DNA from: Squalus acanthias
Lineage: Eukaryota
Length of the DNA: 64,000 bases
Assembly (NCBI GenBank): GCA_030390025.1
Contig: CM059432.1
Span: 145,888,001 to 145,952,000 of the forward strand
Reading direction: 5' to 3'
The notes below the pieces were generated by a model. That model saw only the letters and a program-made list of their open reading frames with translations. It made no database searches and was not told where the DNA came from. A program made the position numbers and the translations under genes. Of this stretch, positions 12,455-25,100 are shown piece after piece (positions within the stretch are counted from its first letter, which is position 1; each line of letters opens with the position of its first letter).

Positions 12455-14027
12455 GGGGGTGGTGTCAGAGGACTGCAAATGTTACACCCCTGTTTAAAAA
12501 ATGAGGGGGGGATAAACCAGGCAACTACCGGCCACTCAGCCCAACGTCAGTAGTGGGGAAACTTTGAGACAATAATCCAGGACAAAATTAATTGGCATTT
12601 GGAAAAATATGTGCTAATAAATGAAAGTCAACACAATTTGTTAAAGGCAAATCGTGTTTGACTAACTTGATCGAGTTCTTTGATGAAGAAATGGAGAGGG
12701 TTGATGAAGGTAGTACGGTTAATGTGTATATGGACTTTCAAAACGCGTTTGACGAAGTACCACATAATAGACTTGTTAGCAAAATTAAAGCCCATGGGAT
12801 TAAAGGGACAGTGGCAGCATGGATACAAAATTGGCTAAGGGACAGAAAGCAGAAAGTAATGGTGAAGGGTTGTTTTTCAGACTGGAGCGAAGTATGCAGT
12901 GGCGTTGCCTAGAGGTGTTAGGACCACTGCACTTTTTGATACATATTAATGACTTGGAGTTGAGTATACAGGGCATAATTTCAAAGTTTGCAGATGATAC
13001 TAAACTCGGAAATGTATTACACAATGAGATGGATAATAACAGACTTCAGGGGGACATAGACAGACTGGTGAAATGGGCAGATACATGGCAAATGAAATTT
13101 AACGCAGAGAAGTCTGCAGTGATGCATTTTGACAGGAAGAATGAGGAGAGGCAATATAAACTAAATGGTACAATTTTAAAGGGGGTGCAGGAACAAAGAG
13201 ACCTGGGGTGTATGTACACAAATCTTTGAAGGTTGCAGGACAAGTCAATAAGGCTGTTAAAAATCATATGGGATCCTTGGCTTTATTAATAGAGGAATAG
13301 AGTACAAGTACAACGGGCAACACGGTGGCATAGTGGTTAGCACTGGTGCCTCACAGCGCCAGGGACCCGGGTTCGAATCTGACCTCGGGTGACTGTGTGT
13401 GGAGTTTGCACATTCTCCCCGTGTCTGCGTGGGTTTCCTCCAGGTGCTCCGGTTTCCTCCCAGTCCAAAAATGTGCGGGTTAGGTTGATTTGGCTATGAT
13501 AAATTGACCCTTAGTGTTAGGGGGGGATTAAATATGTGGGGTTATGGGGATAGGATGGGATATGTTAGGGGGAATTAAATACGTGGGGTTACGGTGGGAT
13601 ATGTGTACTGTGGGGATTAAAGCAGGGCCAGGGTACTGGATTTGAATGATCAGCCATGATTGTATTGAATGGTGGAGCAGGCTCGACTGGCCTACTCCTG
13701 CTCCTAGATTCTATGTTTCTATGTTATGCTGAACCTTTATAAAACACTGGTTAGGCCTCAGCTGGAATATTGTGTTCAATTCTGGGCACCACACTTTAGG
13801 AAGGATGTCAAGGCCTTGGAGAGGGTGCAGAAGAGATTTATTAGAATGGTACCAGGAATGAGGGACTTCAGTTATGTGGAAAGACTAGAGAAGCTGGGTT
13901 TGTTCTCCTTAGAGCAACGAAGGTTAAGAGATTTGACAGAGGTGTTCAAAATCATGAGGGGTTTTGATAGAGTAAATAAAGAGAAACTGTTTCCACTGGC
14001 TGAAGGGTCGGTAACCAGAGGACACAG
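12455..14027 (+). mobile_element. CR1 RT fragment interrupted by a V-SINE
   Basis: ORFs 12658-12912, 12819-13229 (FADDTKL) and 13726 onward (RPQLEYCVQFWAPHFRKD). Confidence 0.85.
13315..13725 (+). mobile_element. tRNA-derived V-SINE (HE1-like) with CR1-derived 3' tail
   Basis: A box TGGCATAGTGG, B box GGTTCGAATC, V-domain GTGTGGAGTTTGCACATTCTCCCCGTGTCTGCGTGGGTTTCCTCC; 3' end GATCAGCCATGA...CTACTCCTGCTCCT..TTCTATGTTTCTATG matches the CR1 end at 2088-2180. Confidence 0.9.
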
Positions 14028-14780
14028 AAAGAGCAAGGAGATAACTAAGGAAAGAGTGGGGCCTATTAGAGACCAAAAAGGTAACCTGTGTCTGAGGCTA
14101 AAGACATGGGTATGGTTCTTAATGAATACTTTGCATCTGTCTTCACAGAAGAGAGGGACGATGCAGACATTGTAGTTAAGAGGAGGAGTGTGAAATATTA
14201 GATGGGATAAACAAAGAGAGAGGAAGGATTAAGAGGTTAAGCATCTTTGAAAGTCAATAAATCACCAGGCCTGGATGAAATGTATCTCAGGCTGTTAAGA
14301 GAGGCAAGGGAGGAAATAGCAGAGGCTCTGACCATAATTTTTCAATCCTCTCTGGCTACAGGTGTGGTGCAGAGGACTGGAAGACTGCTAACATTGTGCC
14401 ATTGTTTAAAAAGGGAGAAAAGGATAGACCGAGTAAGTACAGGTCAGTCAGCCTGTGGTGGGAAAATTATTGGACAAAATTGTGAGGGACAGGATAAATC
14501 GTCATTTAGAAAGTCACAGATTAATCAAGGACAGTCAGCATGGATTTGTTAAGGGAAGGTCGTGTCTGACTAACTTGATTGAATTTTTTGAGGAGGGTCA
14601 ATGAGGGTAGTGCATTTGATGTGGTCTACATGGATTTTAGCAAGGCCTTTGACAAGGTCCGCATGGCAGGTTGGTCAAAAAAGAAAAAGCCTATGGAATC
14701 CAAGGGAAAGTGGCAAGTTGGATCCAAAATTGGCTCAGTGGCAGGAAGCAAAAGGTAATGGTCGATGGATGTTTTTGTGA
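14028..14780 (+). mobile_element. CR1 ORF2 internal fragment (same family as 5500-6330)
   Basis: KSKEITKERVGPIRDQKGNLCL...KSPGLDEMY...QHGFVKGRSCLTNL. Confidence 0.85.
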
Positions 14781-16353
14781 CATAAGAACGTAAGAAGTAG
14801 GAGCAGGAGTAGGCCATTCGGCTCCTCGAGCCTGCTCCGCCATTCAATAAGATCATGGCTGATCCTCAACTCCACTTTCCTGCACTATCCCCATATCCCT
14901 TGATTCCCTTAATATTCAAAAATCTATCGATCTCTGTCTTGAATATACTCAACGACTGAGCCTCCACAGCCCTCTGGGGCAGAGAATTCCAAAGATTCAC
15001 CACCCTCTGAGTGAAGAAATTTCTCCACATCTCAGTCCTAAATGGCCGACCCCTTATTCTGAGCCTGTGACCCCTGGTTCCAGAGTCCCCAGCCAGTGGA
15101 AACATCCTCCCTGCATCTACCCTGTGAAGCCCTGTAAGAATTTTGTTTGTTTCAATGAGATCACCGCTCATTCTTCTAAACTCTAGAGAATATAGGCCTA
15201 GTCTACTCAATCTCTCCTCCAAGGACAATCCCCCCATCCCAGGAATCAGTCTAGTGAAGCCTTCATTGCACTCCCTCTATGGCAAGTATATCCTTCCTTA
15301 GGTAAGGAGACCAAAACTGTACACAATAGTCCAGCTGTGGTCTCACCAAGGGCCTATATAATTGCAGTAAGACGTCTTTACTCTTATACTCAAATCCTCT
15401 TGTAAAAGGCCAACATACCATTTGCTTTCCTAATTGCTTGCTGTACTTGCATGCTAACTTTCAGTGATTTGTGTACAAGGACACCCAGGTCCCTCTGAAC
15501 ATCAACATTTCCCAATCTCCATTTAAAAAATACTCTGCTTTTCAATTTTTCCTACCAAAGTGGATAACTTCACATTTCTCCACATTATATTCCATTTGCC
15601 ATGTTCTTGCCCACTCACTTAGCCTTTCTATATCCCCTTGAAGTCTCTTTGCATCGTCCTCACAACTTACATTCCTAGGTTTGTATTGCAAGCAAACTTG
15701 GATATATTACATTTGGTCCTCTCATCCAAATCATTGATATAGATTGGGAATAGCTGAGGCCCAAGCACTGATCCTTGCGGTACCCAACTAGTTACAGCCT
15801 GCCAACCCGAAAATGACCCGTTTATTCCTACTCTCCGTTTTCTGTCCGTTAACCAATCCTCAATCCATGCTAGTATATTACCCCCAATCCCATGAGCCCT
15901 AATTTTGTTTAATAACCTCTTGTGTGGCACTTTATCGGATACCTTCTGAAAATCCAAATACACCACATCCACTGGTTCCCCCTTATCTATTCTGCTTGTT
16001 ACAACCTCAAAAAACTCTAAAGGATTTGTCAAACACGATTTGCCTTTCATAAATCCGTGCTGACTCTGCCCAATCCTATTATTATTTTCTAAGTGCCCTG
16101 TTACCACGTCCTTAATAATAGATTCTAGCATTTTCCCTACTACTGCTGTCAGAACTAACTGGTCTGTAGTTCCCCATTTTCTCTCTCCCTCCTTATTAAA
16201 TAGTGGGGGTACATTTTCGACCTTCCAATCCGCAGGAACCATTCTAGAATCTATGGAATTTTGGAAAATGACAACCAATGCATCCGCCATCTCGAAAGCC
16301 ACCTCTTCAAAACCCTAGGATGTAGGCCATCAGGTCCAGGGGATTTATCGGCT
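14781..16353 (-). mobile_element. CR1 RT and 3' end, 5'-truncated
   Basis: ORFs 15667-16302 and 14866-15237 with CR1 RT motifs; tail complement CATAAGAACGTAAGAA at 14781. Confidence 0.9.
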
Positions 16354-17129
16354 TCTGCATTGGACTACAATTTGATTACACCACTATGCTTCTGCACTGG
16401 ACTACACCAGAAGACATCTGCTGTGTCTCTAATTTTGCTGCTAAAAACTTTTCAAGTAATCATTTGGTCATCTTCCCCCACTGTTGCTATTCTCTCCTGA
16501 GCTGGGTGACTCGTTCTACTGGTTTTTTTTTAAGCTTTGTTGGCTGCTGGCTCGTGGTTTTACGTTTCTCCACTGCTTCTGATCTACGGTGACCTCCAAC
16601 TTAGTGTCAACTTCGCCATTATCTTTCTGCACCAACCAATTCTCATTCCCACAGAAATAACCTCCATCCTCCAATTCTCTACCCTTATACCTTCTGGATT
16701 TCACTCGTCCGCTCCACCGGTCTCTGAGCTTGGACAACAGTTCATCGAGCTCCATGCCGACTCCATCATACCTATGCCAACTTTTTCCTCCACGGGACAC
16801 CTCACTTTAACTCTGGACTCCCTACTATTGTCTCCAACCTATCCTGTTACTACCAGGAAATATGTATCCCAATAATTGGTACATAACCAGGCCTATGTAA
16901 CTTGAGTTTTTCTGTGCCCATTTTGGCTGCCGTCCCGGACCCGAGTCGATCACTTCTATTTGCAATTTTTTCTCCCCCTTTTTCTTTTCTCTCTCTACCC
17001 CTCCCTGACCGCACTCTCCTGCCATCATGCCTTTCATCTCTCCTCTCTCGGATACTCTGCCCTCCCAAATCCCTACCTCAATCCTTCATTATTCTTCGAA
17101 CTTCCTACTCTCCTGCCGCCGTCCCAGGC

Positions 17130-20100
17130 TTGACTCCTTCTTAGATAAGCCTACAGCTTCCCTCTGTTGGCATCCTCCGAAGGGCCCACCGTGGCACTCA
17201 TCGCTGCCTCCTGACGAGCAGCAACCCCAATTGTCCCATCCTACTCTCTCGCCGACCTTGCTGCCCAGCGTGCTCGCTAGGGGCTAATCTTGCCAATCTC
17301 CTCGCCGTCCAACTCACCCCTCCCAGTGCTGACCCTGTGGACGTTGGCAGTGGATCAGCCATCACCGACCCTCTCCACATCTCCCTCCAGAATGTCCGTT
17401 CACTTGCGAACACGGCCCTTGCCATCCATGAGCTTATCGTGGATGATTGCATCGACATCATGGCCCTGACGGAAACTTGGCTGAGGGATGATGACACCTT
17501 ACCCCTAAATGAAGCCACCCCGCCTGGCTATACCTTCCACCACTTGCCCCGCCAGACCGCCGTGGTGGCGGTGTGGCTTTCATCACCAAATCACACCTTG
17601 GTCTGTCCCCCTACTCCTCCGGCACTTTCTCCTCCTTTGAAGATCTCACCTTGTTCCATCACTCTCACCTCTCATTTAAATTCTTGTTCTCTACCGCCCA
17701 CCCAAGTACCATAATCATTATCACCAAGATATCTTCAATGCTTTCCTCCCTCAGCACCGAGCGACTTCTCATCCTCGGTGATTTGAACCTCTATCTCAAT
17801 ACATCATGCTCTCTCGCCTGAGTTCACTACCCTCCAATACTCCCTTAATCTCTCCCTCCATGTAAATTCCCCAACCCACAGTCACAGCCACCCCCTCGAT
17901 CTTGTCACCTCTCGTGGCCTCGCTACTCCCATTGTGTCAATCGCAAATAAGGCCATCTCTAACCACTTCTTTGTATCGCTGCTCTCCACCCACATCACCC
18001 TTCCCCGCCCTGAACCCTACTTCCTTCTGTGCCCGCCCCTGGACTGCACTTACGAAATCCCAACTGTCCAGCCTTTGGCCCTCCATTCACCAAGACATTT
18101 CTGCAGCTACCGATCCGCTCAACCACACCCTCACCACCACCTTTGATGCCCTAGTCCCTATTAAAATCATTACTCTCACCCCCTGGTCGTTCCCCCGGTA
18201 CGGCCCTCATCTTCGCTCCCTTAAGTCCAAGGGACGCAGACGTGAATGGATGTGGCTGGACAACTGGTTTAGCCATTCACCGCCAGATCTGGCTGGACCA
18301 CATAAAGCATTATCAGGTCCTGCTCTCATCTGCCAAAACTGCCCACTATTCCAGGATCAGTCTAGAATGCAAAGATAAGGCCCGGCTTCTATTCTCTACT
18401 GTTAACCGTCTTCTTAAACCGCTCTCCCCTGTCTCCTCCACCTTCACCTCCAACAAGTGTGAGGAGCTCATGGACTTCTGTGTCACTAAGATTGAGACCA
18501 TCCGATCAGCTGCCTCTGCCACTTCCTTTCCTTCCCCTAACGCACCGGGTCAAACTTCCTCCAAGGTTTCCCCCACCCTAGCCCTGAACTCGCATCTTTC
18601 TCCAATCTCCCCTCATGACCTCTCCGCGCTCACCTTGTCCATGAGACCCACTTCGTGCTCCCTCGACCCGATTCCCACCAAACTGCTGACCACCCAACTT
18701 CTTTTCTGGCTCCCATGTTAGCTGATATTGTTAACAGTTCTCTCTCCTCCGGTACCGTCCCCCTCGCCTTCAAATCTGCCGTCATTACCCTTCTCCTCAA
18801 AAAAACCCTTGACCCCTCCGTCCTTGCAAAATACTGCCCTTGCAAAATACTGCCTCGGCTCCAACCTCCCTTTTCGCACCAAAGTCCTTGAACATGTTGT
18901 CGCCTCCCAAATCCGTGCCAATCTTTCCAGAACTCCATGTTTGAATCCCTCCAATCAGGTTTCCGCCCCGCCACAGTACCGAAATGGCTCTCGAAGTCAC
19001 AAATAACATCCTTTGTGACTGTGACAAAGGTAAACTATCCCTCCTCGTCCTTCTCAACCTGCTTGTAGTCTTTGACACAATTGACCACTCCATCCTCCTC
19101 CAACGCCTCTCCACCGTCGTCCAGCTGGGTGAGACTGCACTCGCCTGGTTCCATTCGTATCTATCTAATCGTAACTAGAGAATCACCTGCAATGGCTTCT
19201 CTTCCCGCTCCCGCATCGTTACCTCTGGTGTCCCCCAAGGATCTATCCTTGGCCCCCTCCTATTTCTCATCTACATGTTGCCCCTTGGCGACATCATCCG
19301 AAAACGCATCGTCAGTTTCCACATGTACGCTGATGACATCCAGCTCTACCTCACCACCACTTCTCTCGACCCCTCCACGGTCTCTAAATTGTCAGACTGC
19401 TTGTCCGACATCCAGTACTGGAGGAGCAGAAATTTTCTCCAATTATTGGCACTGTCTTCGGTCCCCGCCACAAACTCAGTTCCCTAGCCACTGACTCCAT
19501 CCCTCTCCCTAGCATCTGTCTGAGGCTGAACCAGACAGTTCGCAACTTTGGCGTCATATCTGACCCGGAAATGAGCTTCTGACCACGTATCCGCGCCATC
19601 ACTAAGACCGCTTATTTCCACCTCAGTAACATCGCCCGTCTCCGCCCCTGCCTCAGCTCATCTGCTGCTGAAACCCCACAGCCATGCCTTTGTTACCTCT
19701 GGACTTGACTATTCCATCACACTCCTGGCTGCCCTCCCACATTCCACCTTATGTAAACTTGAGGTCATCCAAAACTCGGCTGCCCTGCGTCCTAACTTGC
19801 ACCAAGTCCCGTTCACCCATCACCCTGTGCTTGCTTACCTACACTGGCTCCCGGTTAAGCAACGCCTCGATTTTAAAATTCTCATTCTGGTTTTTAAATC
19901 CCTCCATGGCCACGCCCCTCCCTATCTCTGCAATCTTCTCCAGCCCCACAACCCGAGATATCTGCGCTCCTCTAATTCTGCCCTCTTGAGCATCCCTGAT
20001 TTTAATCGCTCAACCTTTGGTGGTCCGTGCCTTCAGCTGTCTAGGCCCTAAGCTCTAGAATTCCCTCCCTCAACCTCTCCGCCTCTCTTTCCTCCTATAA

Positions 20101-20270
20101 GACGCTCCTTCAAACCTACCTCTTTGACCAAACTTTTGGCCATCTGCCCTCATTTCTCCTTATGTGGTTCGGTGTCAATTTTTTTTTGTCTCATAACACT
20201 CCTGTGAAGCTCCTTGGGACGTTTTACCACGTTAAAGGCACTATATAAATACAAGTTGTTGTTGTTGTTG
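17130..20270 (+). mobile_element. L2-clade LINE, decayed ORF2 (APE+RT) with 3' tail
   Basis: LQNVRSLAN...IMALTETWL (APE), ILGDLN, SCSLDPIPT, FDTIDHSILL, GVPQGSILGP, YADDIQLY, LHWLPVKQRLDFKIL; tail TATATAAATACAAG(TTG)n. 5' boundary uncertain. Confidence 0.88.
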
Positions 20271-20510
20271 ATAGCTGTAGACTGCAGGAAGATATCAATG
20301 GACTGGTCAGGTGGGCAGAAAAATTGCAAATGGAATTCAATCTGGAGAAGTGTGACATAATGCATTTGGGGAGGGCTAACAAGACAAGGGAATACACAAT
20401 AAATGGTGGGATACTGAGAAGTGTAGAGGAACAGAGGGACCTTAAGAGGTAGCAGGACAGGTAGATAAGGTGTTTAAGGCGGCATACAGGATACTTTCCT
20501 TTATTAGTAT
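20271..20510 (+). mobile_element. CR1 RT fragment
   Basis: SCRLQEDINGLVRWAEKLQMEFNLEKC; matches ~57675-57935. Confidence 0.8.
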
Positions 20511-20619
20511 CAATACATAAAGTGTCTTTACAAGAAAGTGATCCTAATTTGGCTGCACCAAACTTTCTTTAGAAACAACTTTTTATATTCATAATATTCA
20601 ATAATTGTGTGCGTTAGAA

Positions 20620-20815
20620 GATCTGGAATTCCCTCCCTAAACCTCTCCACCCCTCTGCCTCTCTTTCCGCTTCTTAAAACCTACCTCTTTGTCCAAGCTT
20701 TTGGTCATCTGCCCTGATATATCCTTATGTAGCTTGGTGTCAAATTTTGTTTGATAATACTCTTAGGATGTTTTACTATGTCAAAGGTGCTATATAAATG
20801 CAAGTTGTTGCTGTT
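20620..20815 (+). mobile_element. L2 3'-end fragment
   Basis: Matches 20052-20270; ends TATATAAATGCAAGTTGTTGCTGTT. Confidence 0.75.
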
Positions 20816-21452
20816 AGGATGAAGCTAATCTTAAATATTCAGAGTAGGGAAAGAGCAGGCTACTCATTTAAAGGCAAGCCCTGTAATACAGTATCCCAAT
20901 CAACATTACATATCTGCTGCACAGGTGCAGCATCAGAACAGGTGCATCCAAAAAGAGACTAAAGTTTCCTTTCCAAACACTCCACCTGACAGACGTACGA
21001 GAGCCCAAATGGAAACCTTTCAAACAATGTAATTCTAAAACTGCCCTTAAGGTGGGAATTTAATGCATAACTCTTCAATTTAAAATAACTGAAAATGCTA
21101 AACAGCACAAATTTTGCACAACGGCTTATATACTTGGGGGAATTCAGTACAGTATTAACTGAACACCTTTGTCGTCAAGTGTTATTTAGGTAGCAGTTTC
21201 CATTCCCTTTTATTGCATGAGAAAGATCTTACCACATTATGCAAGTTTAATTGAGGAAAACCATTGGGGGGTTGGGGGGGTGGGAAGAAGAAATAATACT
21301 TTAAAACCACTTGTGCTTTACACACGGAACTGTGTGTTTCCACCACTAAAACATGGAGCTGTAAGTGCAAACCAACATGTTAACAGCACTGCAGGCAGTT
21401 GGAAAAAAGGGAAATTTAAAGATTAAAATATATTGATGCACTGGAAAAAAAA

Positions 21453-21924
21453 AAGAGAAAGACTTGCATTTATATAGCGCCTTTCACGACCACCGGACGT
21501 CCCAAAGCACTTTACAGCCAATGAAGTATTTTTGAAGTGTAGTCACTGTTGTAATGTAGGAAAAGCGGCAGCCAATTTGTGCACAGCAAGCTCCCACAAA
21601 CAGCAATGTGATAATGACCAGATAATCTGCTTTTTTATTAATGTTGGTTGAGGGATAAATATTGGCCCCAGGACACCGGGGATTACTCCCCTGCTCTTCT
21701 TCGAAATAGTGCTATGGGATCTTTTATGCCCACCTAGGAGAGCAGACGGGGCCTCGATTTAACGTCTCATCTGAAAGACAGCACCTCTGACGGTGCAGCA
21801 CTCCCTCAGTGCTGCACTGGGAGTGTCAGCCTGGATTCTGTGCTCAAGTCTCTGGAGTGGGACTTGAACCCACAACCTTCTGACTCAGAGGCGGGGGTGC
21901 TACCCACTGTGCCACGGCTGACAC
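21453..21924 (-). mobile_element. Full-length tRNA-derived DeuSINE (SacSINE1-like) with L2-type tail
   Basis: On the minus strand: A box TGGCACAGTGG, B box GGTTCAAGTCC, central Deu-like domain, 3' end CTATATAAATGCAAGTCTTTC shared with the L2 tail. Confidence 0.88.
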
Positions 21925-22046
21925 TAAGAGAAGAGAAACACCAAAAAGCTAAATTAACAACTGATGCAATAAATGCTTTATTTTTTTTAATGTAGCTACT
22001 TTGCGTTCGATACACTGAACGAACGCGGGGTAACCGCGCATCGCCT

Positions 22047-22202
22047 CCTTAAAACCACCTCTTTGATCATGCTTTTGGTCATCTGCCCTAATATCTCCTT
22101 ATGTGGCTCAGTGTCAAATTTTGTTTGATAACACTCCTGTGAAACGCCTTGGTACATTTTACCACATTAAAGGCCTCGATATAAATGCAAGTTGTTATGT
22201 TG
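22047..22202 (+). mobile_element. L2 3'-end fragment
   Basis: CCTTAAAACCACCTCTTTGA...ATATAAATGCAAGTTGTT matches 20105-20270. Confidence 0.75.
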
Positions 22203-22364
22203 GAGACTACTTAAACCAAAACATGTAGCCCCCTGGATACTAAAGTGAGTAACTGAGTTGATTCAGAGTTCCTTTAAATTGCTGTCTGTTCCATGCCCAC
22301 TTTCTCAATTTAAACAACTCAAATTTCTATTTATGAAGTCCATTTAAAGTATTAAACATTCCAA

Positions 22365-23383
22365 GGCGGTGAGGAGGATAGTAGCATTAAGGAGGACATA
22401 GACAGACTGGTGAAATGGACACATGGCAGATGAATTTTAACTCAGAATTGTGAAGTGATGCATTTTGGAAAGAAGAATGAGGAGAGGCAACATAAACTAA
22501 ATGGTACAATTTTAAAAGGGGTGCAGGAACAGAGAGACCTGGGGGTGTATGTACACAAATCTTTGAGGGTGGCAGGACAAGTCAATAAGGCTGTTAAAAA
22601 AGTATACGGGATCCTCGACTTTATAGAGTATAGATGACAAAAGCAAGGAAGTTATGCTAAACCTTTATAAATCACTGGTTAGGCCACAGCTGGGGTATTG
22701 TGTCCAATTCTGGGCACCACACTTTAGGTAGGATGTCAAGGCCTTGAGAAGGGTGCAGAGGAGATTTACTAGAATGGTACCGGGGATGCGAGACTTCAGT
22801 TATGTGGAGAGACTAGAGAAACTGGGATTGTTCTCTTTACCAGGTTATAGTCCAACAGCTTTATTTGACGAAGGTGCAGCGCTCCGAAAGCTTGTGATTT
22901 CAAATAAAGCTGTTGGACTATAACCTGGTGTTGTGCGATTTCTCACATTTGTCCACCCCAGTCCAACACCGGCATCTCCACATCATGTTCTCTTTAGAGC
23001 AGAGGTGGTTAAGGGGAGATTTAATAGAGGTGTTCAAAATTATGAAGGGTTTTGGTAGAGCAGATAGTGAGAAACTGTTTTACTGGCAGGAGGGTCAGTA
23101 ACCAGAAGATACAGAATTAAGATATTGGCAAAAAGAACCAGGGGGGTGATGAGGAGATATTTTTACATAGCGAGTTGTTGTGATCTGGAATGCACTGCCT
23201 GAAAGGGTGGTTGAAGCAGATTCAATAGTAACTTTCAAAAGGGAATTGGATCTATACTTGAAAACATTTGCAGGGCTCTGGGGAAAGAGCAGGGTCGTGA
23301 GACTAAATGGAGAGCTCTTTCAAAGAGCCAATACACATACGATGGGCCGAATGGCCTCCTTCTGTGATGCATCATTCTATGAT
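22365..23383 (+). mobile_element. CR1 3' fragment interrupted by a Penelope-type insertion
   Basis: MHFGKKNEERQHKLNG...QFWAPHFR...IWNALPERVVEADS; tail ATTCTATGA at ~23374-23382. Confidence 0.85.
22840..22985 (+). mobile_element. Penelope-like element terminal fragment (inverted pLTR) with hammerhead-like core
   Basis: Perfect 30-bp inverted repeat (22839-22868 / 22900-22929) enclosing TGACGAAGGTGCAGCGCTCCGAAAGC; 11-bp direct repeat TGTTCTCTTTA at 22829-22839 and 22986-22996. Confidence 0.75.
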
Positions 23384-24260
23384 CTCCTTCGGAAGCCTGT
23401 TCCATAGATTTACCACTCGCTCACTGAAATAATGTTTCCACAGATTAGTTTTTCAAAAATAGCATTTAGCATCTCTTCACTGCAGGAAACCTTACCATTT
23501 AAACTAATTTTCAACATTAAAACATAATTATTGATTCATGCTTCACAACTATCGCAGAGACCAAGTAATTTGTCTCATGGAACTACCAAACCATAATTGA
23601 CTTATTAAATAAAGAACTTCACTGAGTACTTGTAATAATTACTCTTACGGCGCAGCTACCCGTCCGTTATTTTTACATCCAAATATTCCTGCCCCACGCC
23701 CCTAGTTTTTATAACTTTTCCCCTTCTGTTTTTATTGGTGGATCAGATCGAGACTGCATTCTAAACTTTGGAACCTTTATCTCAAGAAAGTTTCTTAAAG
23801 ATTGCACTTCTCTATTACCTCAGTTTTTAATCAACTCACATTGTATAATCATTTTATAAAGTTCATTCATAATTACCTTCATGTTTACTCAGAATAAGCA
23901 ATCAACTGATGTATCCTTACAAAATACCAAACAGCCAGTTACATTTGGGATGCAATAGGTTTCCTTATTGGTTTTAAACCAGCACATTTGAGAGTACACC
24001 CATGACCACAAAAGGCAATGATCAATAAGGAACTTTAGACGCCTCTAAATCATCTGCTGACCACCTGCTATTTTGTGTAATGTATTCAGTGCAAATTACT
24101 TTTTTCTGCTCACTGGCACTCACGAAACAATGATATGGCTGAGTTAACCACACAGATGGGACTATTAGTAATGAAAACATGGAACATCACAGGTGCATAA
24201 TTTTAAAAAATTACCTTTGTTTCAATAGAAAAATGCATTTTCCAGTAATATATATGCTCA

Positions 24261-24473
24261 AAAACAGAAAATGCTGGAAACACACGGCAGGTTAATCAGC
24301 ATCTGTGGAGAGGTCAGAGAATTAATGTTTCGGATGCAACAACTCTTCAAAACATTTTGAAGGTTGCTCACCCAAAAGGTTGACTGTCCTCTCCAGATAC
24401 TGATTGAACTGCAGTTTCCAGCTTTCAGTATTTTTGGTTCAGGGTTCCAGCATCTACAGTATTTTGCTTTTTA
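24261..24473. mobile_element. Degenerate palindromic Penelope-derived short element
   Basis: Imperfect foldback AAAACAGAAAATGCTGGAAA..CAGCATCTGTGGAGAG..AATGTTTCGG / CCAAAAGGTTGAC..CTCTCCAGATACTG..TTTCCAGC, then TCCAGCATCTACAGTATTTTGCTTTT. Confidence 0.55.
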
Positions 24474-25100
24474 TATACATTTGCTCAACTATATGAATAC
24501 AATTGTTTAATTAATGATGAAACTCTGAGCATTAAGGCTGTATGGTGCAGCAATATGCAAGCATTTGGAATCTGCCCAATATTTATGCAAGAAACATTTA
24601 AATAAAAATTTCAATACAAGGATGCAAATTGCAAACAGGTTGTGTGTCAGGAACTCTGCACTATTTCTCATGACAAAAAAAGCCTCAGTTTGAATGGTAA
24701 AGGAAGATGTACTGCAGCAGAGTGAACAAGTTATTGACAGATGTCCTGATGATCAGAGTGCAAGGTGATCAGAGAGGTAAGTTGTGATACGAAACCTGCA
24801 TAAATATGAGGCTTTCAGATAACGCACACAGGCTATAATTAGAATCAAACTGAGAAATCCGTTACTGCTCATTCCTGGTATTTTTCTTCCGAATAAACCC
24901 TCAGTTTCTATCCTTTTTTAGGCCCCTCAAAACCAAGAAGGGTATTGCTTATTGAATAATTCAATGTAAATGATGAAGTGGGAATTTAGTGCTTAAAAAC
25001 GGAATCAGATCATTTGAATTAAGTGGCTTTGAATTAAGACCAGACTTACCAGCATTCAACTGAAGCACAAGCCATCGTCAGACTGAAAGTCAAACATTTG

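Noticed and set aside
13315..13390. tRNA genes (also ~21850-21924 and ~45795-45880)
   Set aside because: A/B boxes continue into SINE or LINE bodies without a clear cloverleaf or poly-T terminator.
16480..16910. Possible degenerate Penelope ORF remnant
   Set aside because: Only a faint by-eye resemblance (PSGFHSSAPPVSELGQQFIEL); not supportable without a search.
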